This document shows positions 24,214 to 35,500 of a DNA stretch of 64,000 bases, one piece after another (the stretch's first letter is position 1; every line of letters starts with the position of its first letter). This DNA comes from Bigelowiella natans CCMP2755 (taxonomy: Eukaryota > Protista > Cercozoa): contig ADNK01000135.1 in the NCBI GenBank assembly GCA_000320545.1, positions 1-64,000 of the forward strand, in the 5' to 3' direction. Under the pieces are notes generated by a model that had not been told where the DNA came from, did not search any database, and saw only the letters and a list, made by a program, of their open reading frames with translations. A program made the translations under genes and the position numbers.

Positions 24214-26127
24214 CTAGGTCTTGCGAGAGCGCTTGACGTTTTCATGACTATGTGTGCTTCTACGACGCCTCTTGAAATGGTTTGGGTGCGCATTCCTTGT
24301 TTTACAAAAATCTCGAACATGTACATCTTTCACATTCCTTGAAATGTTGTCTGTTGATATCCGCTTAATCACTTGATCATCATCATTTTGTAGATAATTT
24401 TTTGGGAGGAAAAATTGCAAAAATGGGGGCATGAAGACTGCCTCCTTTGTGTATAATTTGAATCCTTCATGTTTAAACTTCTCTGTTTCATGTGAAACCA
24501 AATCAGCTGGTGCGATTATAATAATGGAATTTTTGAAATTGCTGCATTTTGAGTCTGCAAGCACAACTTTGCCGCCTCCTACAATCATGGAAAACTTTTA
24601 ATAAGGAATTAGCCGGGAAAATGTTTAAATTTAAGTGGGGCAGGAAACATTTGATACCAGCTCGTATGGTCCTTTTTATTACAGTCTCCAACTTTGGAAT
24701 ATTTGGAGGAAATTTACAGACATAGAACACGTGACCTAATCCACGTCGCAACCTATCACAAATTGAATATGATGTTTGGCATTTGGATCCTCACCGCTAA
24801 AAATGCGACTCCTCTTCCCTTTCCCTCGAAGAAATTCAGATATATTGAATCCTAATTTTTCTTTCCACTTTTCATCTTTGAGAATGTAATCTTCTTCGTT
24901 AATAAATCTGCTTTTTATTTAGGGATACCAAGGATTGTCAAACTGACATCCTTCAACAATGATATAAACGATAAACGATTTACTTATTTTTTTCTTCACA
25001 CGCATAGAGCCAATCTATGTGTAATATGAACTAATTAAATGTAGAACAAATAGTGTTCGATTACATTAGAATGTAGATACGTTGATTGACGATTTGCTTC
25101 ACTTGATTAGAAATCCCAACAAGAAATTTCTCGGTTCTTAGCACGCGAGGAGCAATGATATGAGTTGCAAAACGGTAGTTTCTGGGGGCCCGTAATACTT
25201 TTCCACCTAGCTTCTCAACTATATAAATAAAATTTTCCGTGACTCTAGATTCAAAACCAGTTATCAAAACTTGAACAATAGGAGTTTTGTTTCGAAGATT
25301 TATCCCTCTTATTTGACGACGGCTATTACTACTCCGCATTAAGGAACTCTTAGAAGAAGCTTTATCTTTACTCTTAACCTTGTCGCTAAGCATAAGCTGT
25401 TGGGAAGATGACGGGCTAGTCAGAGCTATGATGATGCTATTCTGATGATGATTCGTTTTATGATGAGTGACAAAAGACTGTTTGTGGAGCCTTTCATCAT
25501 GTGTCTTAGAATTGTAAATCACTTTTCTAGATCTTCCAGGAATATTCTCATCAGCCACACTATGTGTGACAGGATAGTCCTTGACTTCGATGAAATCTTC
25601 CATAACAAGGATCTTTGCTACCTTATGGGTGGACTCGTTAAACAAGTCTCTGCAAAGGTTGTCCGTCCTCTGCTTCGTTGAATCATTTCTTTGATTCTGT
25701 ACAATAGTTTCTTCAATACATTGTCCTCCTCGAAATTCAGTATATACTTCACAATTAAGCGAATCATGAATCTTGGTCAAAGCTTCTGCAGCTAGCTTCG
25801 AATCATACACAGCTCGCTGTAAAGAAAGAAATTAGTGATATTATTGAAGTTTGAATAGGAAAACTTAGAATCAATGATGACCTTTGTTGGATCAGAGAGG
25901 ATGCTATAAGCGTCTTGAATTTCATGGAAATAACTTTCAGCTGATAGTGATGCACCGTTGCCATTTGTGTTCTTGTCAGGATGATGTTTTCGAATCAAAG
26001 CTCTCCAAGACTTTCTGATGTCCTTTTTTGAGGCAGTTTCAGAGACGCCGAGAATATCATAGTGAGAAGCTTGCGATCTCTCGGACACCATTTTGCAGTG
26101 TGCTTGCGTACTTTCCTTTCCCTTCAT
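24214..26127 (-). CDS. J-domain (DnaJ) protein with C-terminal tandem BRCT domains
   Basis: J-domain SHYDILGVSETASKKDIRKSWRALIRKHHPDKN...EIQDAYSILSDPTK|RAVYDS with the HPD motif. BRCT1 is VLITGF...IVEKLGGKV...ATHIIAPRVLRTEKFLVGIS. The BRCT2-like part is ...GHVFYV...MIVGGGKVVL...SIIII...YTKEAV. Pieces are separated by GT-AG introns. Confidence 0.75.
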
Positions 26128-26460
26128 GATAGACTGGATTGAAGAATGAGTTCAGCAAAATTGATTTGAGCTTGATGTGACTATCAACAACAGCAATCAA
26201 AACTTGGGGATTGCAGCCTGCGACTACAGACAAACGCTGACAAGTAAAAAAATCCACGTGGAAGGAAAACATAGTTAAAAGCCGTAACTGGCGGTATGCA
26301 CCCTGGGTCTTGGCTTCTTTCTTAATAATAAACATGTCGCACCGCAAAATCACTTGGTCACTATCAAAGCTCGACGACCAACACGATCTTTCCGTAAGAT
26401 TACTAAACAAAACAAGCCAATCAATCACGGCATAGACCAACCTCTATTTATCAACGCACC

Positions 26461-27127
26461 ATGGAGGCTCCAAAACTCGATGTAACTTAGTAATCATTAA
26501 TGACTTAAAGAGATCATTGAAAACAATGATTTCCATTTACGGTACATGATGATGTCATGTTTACATCATGGTTTATTCAGATGAATGTTTCTTTGTTAGA
26601 CTTCTCCAAACTCTCTACGAGATAGTTTGTTTTATGTGCTTCATTTTGTAAAGCCCAAGAATCTTCAAGAAAAACTACTACTTGCAAGGAGATATTTTGA
26701 GGCTCAAGATGTGCATTCTGCAATTAGGATTTACCAAGACATGAAGCACCTCCTTTTAAATGAAAAACATGAGATGAAAGAGGAACTGAAGAAGTGGTAC
26801 TTGGAACTTATCGAGTCAAACTTGAAAACAACATCTGATACCCCCTTCGGAGAGTTTCTTGTGGACGATTGCACTGTGTGGAATAGAGGATTGTCGTCTT
26901 TTTCACTTGGTAGCTACTCAAATTTTCGAGGGGGAAATGAGCATGACGAATCCACCATCGCTTCAGGTTCACTTCCCTGTGCTAGTTGTGAAAGTGTTGT
27001 TCATTCAACCAGCAGTAGGCCTAAAACCGAATCTGCAACCAAAGAGTTACCATCGAGATTTGCGAAAAGGGTTCCAAAAAAACAATTGGCTAGAATGCCA
27101 AGAAGCAAAAAATTGAAACATTCATAG
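26461..27127 (+). CDS. Hypothetical protein (TPR-like helical pair plus low-complexity tail)
   Basis: ORF 26627-27127 (LQEKLLLARRYFEAQDVHSAIRIYQDM...). A likely small upstream exon starts at ATG 26461, head-to-head with the J-BRCT gene. Confidence 0.45.
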
Positions 27128-28019
27128 TTGCAACCTTCAAGTAAATTGTGATTGAAACCATGGCTGTCAAGTTGATGAAGTTGAGAGTTTTAATCATTGA
27201 TGACCTGGTAGCACAATTGCAACATTCTAGATTGGTCATTGCCATTAAACGACAATAGATTTCGCTGTGTCTTGTCCTCCGCAGCAATTTTAGTTACACA
27301 TGTCTAAACGTACATACAATGGCATCTACGAGTTTGCATCGTGGCCATTTGACGATGCCCATGCTAGCATGTACGTCCAGCTTCAACGTGCAAGAGAGCC
27401 ATGTTAATGGTGACGCTGCAAAACCGTCAAACACGCTTGCACGTGCGCACTTGCTTGACCACAGCATTGTTGCACATGTCAGCATGGTGCAGACTCAGAC
27501 AGCAAACAAGCTGCTTGCATGTATGTCCACACTGTTACAGGCTAGCTTACAGCAGGCTAGCAGGGGCACTGCCTACACATTGTGACGCCGCGTCATCACA
27601 AATGCAATTGTCACACATGCGATGTGGTCCATGCTAGCATGCTTCTATCTAGCTATGCACATGCATTCATCACTAGATCATGCTGCGCTTCTGCAAACGT
27701 CTCAAATATGATCAGCTACTCAGAAGGCCAATCTAGCGGTGTTAGCTGTCGATGCGTACAAGTGAGGCCTAGCTAGCAATCACAACTTTTCATTTGCAAC
27801 ATGCCCTTAGAACTCGATCGTATCCGGTGCACACATTTGTTTCCTGCTTCAATGATGCAAGTAGTGGCACGTTGACACATGCGCACAACATGCTAATCAT
27901 CATTGGACACCAACAATGATAGACATGCAATACACAACATGTACCGCCGATTTCATGAACTTACACGTGTTGATACTTTCTCATAAACGTTACTCTTACG
28001 AAATGTCATGTGGAGAGTA

Positions 28020-30665
28020 TCATGTTCGCTTAGCATCCGCGCTAGTGTCTTTGTATTTATATATCTTCCTCTTTTCAGCATCCGTACTTTTGACAAATAG
28101 CTCCTGGACATGATCAAGAAGTTTAGGCAGCATCTTGTCCTGCTGGAAGCGTCGGTGCAACCTATATTCATCGTCTGCAATAATATTGATGACTTCTTGG
28201 GCTTCATCGAATCCGCCACTTTTTGATTCTACACTAATCTGAAGAAATTGATCAACAATGCTATGTGTGGCCTTGGCACGGGCCATCAATGTCCTTGCAC
28301 CTGGAAGCCAATCTTTGTTTTCCAGCACCTTTTTGACACTTTTAAAATACCCTTGATATGAATCAGAGGAATCCTCTCTTTTATCTGAGTTGCGCGCTAG
28401 ACCCTTCATGTTGATCTCGTCATAGTAATATTGAAGGAGGGCAGCGTAGTCTTTCCAGTCGTCACACTCGCTTTGACCATCGGTATCGTTGTATTTAGAT
28501 TCAGAACTTCCTTGTGTCCGCTCATCCAGATTCTTGTTGAGTAGAATGACGCTGCGATGGCGGGCACCATTTGCAAATTCTCGAAAGAGAAGGTTCACAT
28601 CTTCCACATACGCATCAAAATCTTCATCGCTGTAGCATTTGAGAGCCTTAATCTTTATCTTATCAGTCTCTTCCACAAAACCGAGTTCCTTGGTTTCTGC
28701 CTTCTCAAACGTCATCTTGACGTGATCTCGCTTGACTTGTTTGATAACATCTTCGAGCATGAAAGAATTTTCAAGCTGAAGAAAATTTTGCAGGTGGTTC
28801 TGAGCCTCCTTTGGACCTAGGGCGTTCAGAAATATAGGATACAAAGTAATTTGCATCTGTTTGCTTAGATACCCGATGTAGACGGGAATGAGTTCGTATT
28901 CGTGTGAAAATATGAGCTGTGCTACGTATGCAGATACAAGCTGGTCCCATTTCTTGTCCTCCTTTTGCACTTTGGACTCTCGCCTAGCGCCCTTCGTTAG
29001 GTCGAATGATAGGCAGAGATGTACAGAAAATCGGAGGAATGAGTAAGGGTCCAACCGTCGCTCGGTAAATTCTTTGATAGTATGCATCCCTTTTCCTTCC
29101 AGTCCTTGCTCTGAGTGTGAGAACCCCAATTTTTGTAGAACCTCCTTGAAAGGTTTCCAAGGATCCGAGCGTCCCTTTGGTACATTAGAGTTTGCGTAGG
29201 CCCGGATTATGTCGAGCGCATAATCAGTCAACTGCTGTTTTATTTTCTCTGGCTGATCTCTGTGAGTAATCATCATGCACTGGATCACTGCGTAGGGATT
29301 ATTGATATCCATGTTGGCCGTGGTTCTCTCTCTTTGCATGTCTTCAAGAATACCGCTAGCCGTGTTAACAGGCTTTGACTTGCCGTTACTACACATTGCC
29401 TCTCGGTCAATATCTATAGACACCAACTCATTTTGAAGCTCTTTTTCTAGTAACTCACACATTAGCCTGTCGCAATATCTTCCCATGTTTACTGAGAATT
29501 GGGCCCAACTCCAGTCCTCCCAAGACAAACATAGCGGGTTTTTTTGCAGGGCATCTAGATCGCCTCCCAGAAGGCCGTAAAGCGCGCGTTCTTCTAGTAC
29601 GCGCTCTTTCCGCTGCTGGCTAACACACAAACAGCTATCTCGCCAGAGGAGCCGCTGGATTATATTATCGCAAATTTTTTGGCGATTCGGGGTTTCGTCT
29701 GTTCTCCAGACCAGATAACCCTCAATTGTGGCCGCCGTCATACTCTCCTGAAAATATTGACGACTTGCTTTTTGCGCCGTTTTAACTTCGCCGGTTCGCA
29801 TTTTCCGCCAAATAGTCTTGTGGCGGTGGTTTTGTTCCATGACAACCTCAGGATCCCTACTCTCCACCTCTTTTGGATTTGTGAGAGCTTCCCAGCCACA
29901 ATTATCCTTTCTTGGATCATCGCCGCTCCTCTCGTACTCGTCCGCGGCTACGTCTTGAAGCCATTCAACCGCAAGTTCAAGCTGCAGCAATTCCTTAAGG
30001 TCCCTTTTCAGCCTCCTGCTCCTGCTATCCCTCGCCATTGAATAACATTTCTCCAGGAAGTCATACCAGTAATTACCCTTAACACCAAACTCAATCTTTT
30101 GATTGAATTTGAGTTGCTTCTCCCAGAGTATCCAGCAACTGAGCTCCATTAACATCGACCTCTGCAGACCCTTCAAAGAGGCACCGCCTGCCCAGGTCCA
30201 GCGCGTTTCTTTCATCTTTTCTGAAATGTTTTTCAACTCCTCTCCACAATTCTCCAAGAAACTCCGAACGAAATCTGATTTGCTTTTTAACACCTCCTTC
30301 TTTCCACGGTGTTGATCACAAGATTTTTCCATTGCTTCTCTTAGTCCTTGTTTTTGGAGCAGGTCGCACTGATGCTTGGCGATCACAGACTTCAGGCGCG
30401 TAGACTCGGGGCCTATCGTCGGGTTGAAAGCAGTAGGGGTCGCAGAGTCAAAGAGGTTCTTACGAGAGACGTCAATCCTCCGCTGTTCCTCCTCCATAAT
30501 CTCCATTTGCTCCTGGCGTGTGTCCTGTTCAGTTAGATCTAGTTGATCTGGGAAGCCATCATCCTCAAACTCAGCCAAAGGGGGAACAACCAGCTGTTTC
30601 TCCTCGAAAGATTCCTCCTCCAACTGGGACGTAAAGTTTCTTGTTCTCGGTATGAATTCGGACAT
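28020..30665 (-). CDS. NUP107: Nucleoporin Nup107/Nup84 homolog, 881-aa uninterrupted ORF
   Basis: Family motifs: LAVEWLQDVA; IWRKMRTGEVKTAQ..SRQYFQESMTAATIEGY; RLLWRDSC; EERALYGLLGGDLDAL...CLSWEDWSWAQF; FLRFSVHL; LIPVYIGYLSKQMQITLYPIFL. Confidence 0.8.
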   Translation of the reverse strand: MSEFIPRTRNFTSQLEEESFEEKQLVVPPLAEFEDDGFPDQLDLTEQDTRQEQMEIMEEEQRRIDVSRKNLFDSATPTAFNPTIGPESTRLKSVIAKHQCDLLQKQGLREAMEKSCDQHRGKKEVLKSKSDFVRSFLENCGEELKNISEKMKETRWTWAGGASLKGLQRSMLMELSCWILWEKQLKFNQKIEFGVKGNYWYDFLEKCYSMARDSRSRRLKRDLKELLQLELAVEWLQDVAADEYERSGDDPRKDNCGWEALTNPKEVESRDPEVVMEQNHRHKTIWRKMRTGEVKTAQKASRQYFQESMTAATIEGYLVWRTDETPNRQKICDNIIQRLLWRDSCLCVSQQRKERVLEERALYGLLGGDLDALQKNPLCLSWEDWSWAQFSVNMGRYCDRLMCELLEKELQNELVSIDIDREAMCSNGKSKPVNTASGILEDMQRERTTANMDINNPYAVIQCMMITHRDQPEKIKQQLTDYALDIIRAYANSNVPKGRSDPWKPFKEVLQKLGFSHSEQGLEGKGMHTIKEFTERRLDPYSFLRFSVHLCLSFDLTKGARRESKVQKEDKKWDQLVSAYVAQLIFSHEYELIPVYIGYLSKQMQITLYPIFLNALGPKEAQNHLQNFLQLENSFMLEDVIKQVKRDHVKMTFEKAETKELGFVEETDKIKIKALKCYSDEDFDAYVEDVNLLFREFANGARHRSVILLNKNLDERTQGSSESKYNDTDGQSECDDWKDYAALLQYYYDEINMKGLARNSDKREDSSDSYQGYFKSVKKVLENKDWLPGARTLMARAKATHSIVDQFLQISVESKSGGFDEAQEVINIIADDEYRLHRRFQQDKMLPKLLDHVQELFVKSTDAEKRKIYKYKDTSADAKRT

Positions 30666-31439
30666 ATGTCCAGAGACTTGCTTCGGGGGGCGTCGAGGCT
30701 AGTGGATCAAATGTAGCGACAGGAGTAATTTATCAATCATCAATGCTCTTATGACATGCAGGCTTACATCATTTCAAGCAAAAAAAATGATACCCTTTGC
30801 TCGGAGGCTGGAAACCATCGCCCATTATAGTCGGGGAAGTCTGCCATGGTTCTCTGTCTGCCCCTTCCCTTACGTTGGCGGGTAAAGGGAATTCTACTTA
30901 TTTATCAGGGAGGATCAAAATGCCGGCCTAGGTTTATCAAAAGAGACAACATAAAATCATTGTCGCACTTATATTTTTGAATGCGTTATTAAGTAATACC
31001 GTTCGAGTGGAGAAGAGAAACTCTTAATTCACGCACGAAGTGCGCACAAAGTTACCATAAAAATTATAGGCAAAAAAACAAGCTGAATAAGTCTTAGATA
31101 GAGTAATATTCCCAGAACAAAAGAGCGTAAATCGAGAATCGATTCACCTGAAATCAATATAAAAAATTCTTGCGAATAAATCCTATAATTATTGTTCCAG
31201 AAACAGTCTTAATGTTCGTGGCCATTCTACTCGTACGACTAAGGATTTTTTTTGTAGCCGCTAAATATTGTTGTCGCAGGAGCATCAGCACAAAACCTCC
31301 CGGACGGCACGCTCATTGACGCACTCCGATGGTGCATCCGTCGCAACTAGAGAATGATGCATCCGCATTCTGTGTAGATCATGTTACAAGTTAGAGTTCA
31401 CCGAAGTAGACCTTTCTAAACCTATCTAGATCTAGATCT

Positions 31440-32500
31440 AGAATTTTGATGTCGCTTAGCAATCATGCGCACCTGTCTGTCTCAAAATTGAGATCTCATG
31501 TTGTCTTTTTTTTCTCTTGTGACCTCGCAATGATTGTTGTTGAGGCTCTGCTGCATGCAAATGCCTGTCTCCCATGTGGTTCTTGCGCATGCAGGTTTGA
31601 TCAACGCTTTGTTCATTGTTCGTTGTTCATTGTTCTTCCATTTTTGGGTTGAAACGCTGAACCATCGCGCAATCTCGGAGCCACAGATTCAACTGTTGCA
31701 ATCTTTGGGCACCAGCAGGTCTGGGTCGCGCACGTTCTCTTGTTGAGTGAGCATTGCAGCAGTTCCTTGCATGATTCGATGTTTCATGTGATGTTCAACT
31801 GTTCGGACAGACAGCATGGAAACGGTGATTCTTTTCCTGCTGGATGCCATTCAAGCACCTGCGCAGTGTCAGCTAGTTGCTGGAGGCATCCACACATGCG
31901 TCAAATGCGGTGCCTCCGATGTGCGATGCTTCGAAACTCAGCACCAGATCACATCCAGCATGTTTGAAGCAGGAGAAACCAAGATTGTTTCTAGTGACCC
32001 AATCATTTGAGGGCTAGCTAGCTAGACCTGCACTGCGTGCAGAAAACCACATGTGTCATGTGGACTGTCACAAGGCACCGCTCACATTTGGTGTGTGCGA
32101 TGTCCATGATTGCGCTCATTCAATGGAAGTGATCTCATCACTGGGCTCTCACCTGCTAGTCATGTGAAGCCACCCAAATCCACAATCGAAACGCAACAAT
32201 TGATGATTACGCCGCATTTGCATTGTGAAACCTGCCGCTACACGCTGCAGTGTAGAAAGGTGAAACGTCTGGACCATGCCTTCGATTTCGTAATGATTGA
32301 TGCATGCCTTCATTGCGCCGGTACCGGCGCAGGCACAATTTGGCGTGTGGGATGCACATTTGTGTCGTAGTCGCACAGGGCAGCGCAGCGCGATGTGATG
32401 GCATGCATTGTTCATTCGCGTTGCTAAATTGTCAAAATGCATCACAAATCATCCACGCATTTCGGTATCGCTCTTTCACAACCTCATCTCATCGCATCGA
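31440..32500. other. TpA-depleted, TGCA/CATG/CTAG-rich intergenic island
   Basis: By eye only about 5 TA dinucleotides lie outside CTA/TAG context in ~1 kb. CG is common; gctagctagctag run at ~32013. Confidence 0.8.
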
Positions 32501-35500
32501 TCAGCACTCATTAATTTTCCGGGAAATCCCACATTCCATCGGAGGGGGGTCAGTTTTGGCAGCATCATTGCAAAAATTTCCATCTTTTGAGTCGCAACTC
32601 GCTTGAACTAGCAAGATGTAATTAGAACTAGGATGGTATGGGATCCCTACACCATTCTCAGAAAAGTAGGGTGTTTTTCCTGGCCCGTACAAGCCTGTGT
32701 CCTCGTCGTAATGGTAGTTAAAATCTTCGTTGTGTTTTTTTTTCCACCACAGATTGCCGCTCGAACGTAATCCTACTGCCACAATCCGGAAATATAGATA
32801 TCTGGCATAAATATAGACACAACATAAGCGCTGTAGCCGCAGCTTTGCACGGCTACATTAGGATGACCATTGGAAAGATTTAATCAATTCCTTACTTCCG
32901 TCTCACCTGGCATCATCGAGCAACAGTATAGCAGGTGCAACAACACAAGATGCAAATGCACATGAAGGGAAACTTTTTTTTGAATGATTCCAAAATTAGA
33001 AAATACTCTCATTCATCTAACCCTTTCTGGTTGTCCCAGTAGTATACATCGCCTCGACTCGACCTAACCTCTTGGATGCTAGAAACCTCCGAGAAGACTT
33101 TCTGCTTAGCTATATCGCTCTTATCTTCCCTACACACGCCAGATGAGTATGCTGCACACGAGATTATTGTGAACTCCGTGTTCTTAGGATATGAGATCGC
33201 AATCATCAGTGTCCGGTCATGCGGTATCTGCATTCTTTTGATTTCAAGACGCTTTGGAGCACCACCGTGATACTGGATGAACCAACCTCCTTGGTGAGAA
33301 TGATCAAATGGACCAGCGATTTGAGGATCCCCGCTCATCGGTACGCCGTTCTTTCCCAGGTTATTGTCTCCCCAATGCGCCGCCTTCCCTATCTCTTTCT
33401 CATAATTGTTCTCAGAGTGAATGGATTTGTCTCCGACATAAAGCTCAAGCGAAGCAATGTAAAAACTCTCCATGTTACAGAGGTAGCATGGGAGGTGATA
33501 GTTAGGCCTATGATCACAGCCTTTCGTGCTGCCGCGTGTTGTCTTCCACCAAAGGTTGGCATTTTCGTTGGTGATGCCTGCCTTCCCTGGCACCATTTGA
33601 CCGGAAGAGCCAACTATCGTAGGTTTTGAACGTTGTGTTGCCGATCCATCGATATCCAAGAAGTTCAGAAAGTAGACACCATATCGATCTTCGTCAGCGA
33701 GGGTCCAGGCTACAAGCGAACTTGGGTAGGGAGTCTCAACATATGTTGTGTTTTTTATTATGGTCTGGAATTGCTGAATATTCTTCCCGAGCGGAATAGT
33801 CCACACTCGCCCTCTTCCATTCGTAATTATTTTGCTTGCATTGTTGCAAGATTTTATAACAAAGTTGCTCATGATATGCTTTTGACCTGTGTCGTACATG
33901 CGGAAGGCCATGTAGTCTTTGTTCTCCCAGCGCCTCTCAAGGGAAGTTAGAGATGAGCTAGTGACGGGGAGCAGATTAAGCCCATTGTTTGTTCGACAAT
34001 AAATTGAACAATCCGTGAAAGTTACTTCCCCAAAAGCATTGAACGAGCGGTCACGATGATCTAGGACGTCGATCTTGTACCATTTTCCGCGTTGATTCCA
34101 GTCCGTTCCTGCTACACTGCATAGTGAGAGCTTGAGATTTGTAAATCGGTTCCAGACTTTGTTGCCGTTTGAGTCTTCCGGACTGCGCCTGTCTCGCTTG
34201 CCACCATTTACACTATTTTTTTGCACATTCCGTCCACCGTTGTACCTGCACCGATGAAAACACTAATAAAAATGCCTGCAACACTATAGCAACAGCAGAG
34301 CTTACATACACCCGATCGTAATGCCTTGCAAAATGAGCGCCTTTGTTTTCTAATTCTACTTTCTTCTATATCTCATGCAATGATCCAATGCATTTGTCCT
34401 TACACTAATTTCTTGTCGCTGTCTCGTTCCTCGAGAAATCCGCCGATGTATATGCAGCCCCCAAGCTTACTCCAATACCCTGTTGACCTCGCCATATTCC
34501 CGTTAAACGTCAACGTTGGCCTCTTATGCGGTGTCACCTTGCTAGCGCGTTGTTCCCCGATAACCTTTGGAAGGGTGGGTGCTGCGAAGCCTGACCAACC
34601 CCCAACAGCGGAATTTCCAGCAATCTCATTATACATGTTCGTGATGTAAAATGGCGACGCAGAGACATCGGCTGGGTTTCGAAGCGAGTTCGATTCGTAC
34701 TTATCGTCCTGCTCCTGGGTGTTGTACATAGGAGGAAGGTCAATCGAGTGGACATGAGCTGCCAGGTTGAACGAGATCTTGTTCCGCTCTTCGATGCCAC
34801 TCTCCATGTAAATACACATTCCAATTGCGTCAAATGCGACGTTACGGGATATCGTCAGCCCTGTTGTACCATGGGCAACAATGCATCGGTAGTAGGACTC
34901 GTGAACTGAGTTATCCGTAGCGTATGAATCGAATCCATTCGTCCCCATCAAGTGGAAGTGCAAGGGATATCTGCTTAAGTTTGACAACAGATTGGAGAAG
35001 ATTATATAAGTAGTTATTTTTTTAACCAACTTCTGCTTGCTACCACATGCTAAACAATAGTGTGAGATAATGTTAGAAATCATCACTTCCCCAGACGATT
35101 TGTCTGTCCCATTCGATGAAATTCAACGGATGCCACGCGGCCAACTGCCGCGCCTTCGATCCTTATATGCCCTCCATAGGCCGTGAGGTACTTTCCTTTG
35201 CATGGAAACGTACTCAGCAGATTTTGCTAAAAAGGAACATTATCAGATTCGGACAATACTGTAGTTGCAATGATGGAATAATGTTATGACGGACGAAACT
35301 GAAACAGTAAGCCCAGTCGACTGCTACGATAGTGAATTAACAAGATAGTGAAAATGATATTGATGATGATCGAAAGACCTCGAAGTCTCCCTTGTAGCAG
35401 ATGGCATTTGTGGTGTCTGTTGGGGGAGAATCATTCACGTCACCCTCAATCTTGATATTCCGCGTCAGCACAGCCACCTCAGCCTGGTACTCCTTGTCGG

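Noticed and set aside
31330-31345. gcatccgtcgca as another MITE end
   Set aside because: Only an ~11/12 match, with no similarity to the inner part of the TIR.
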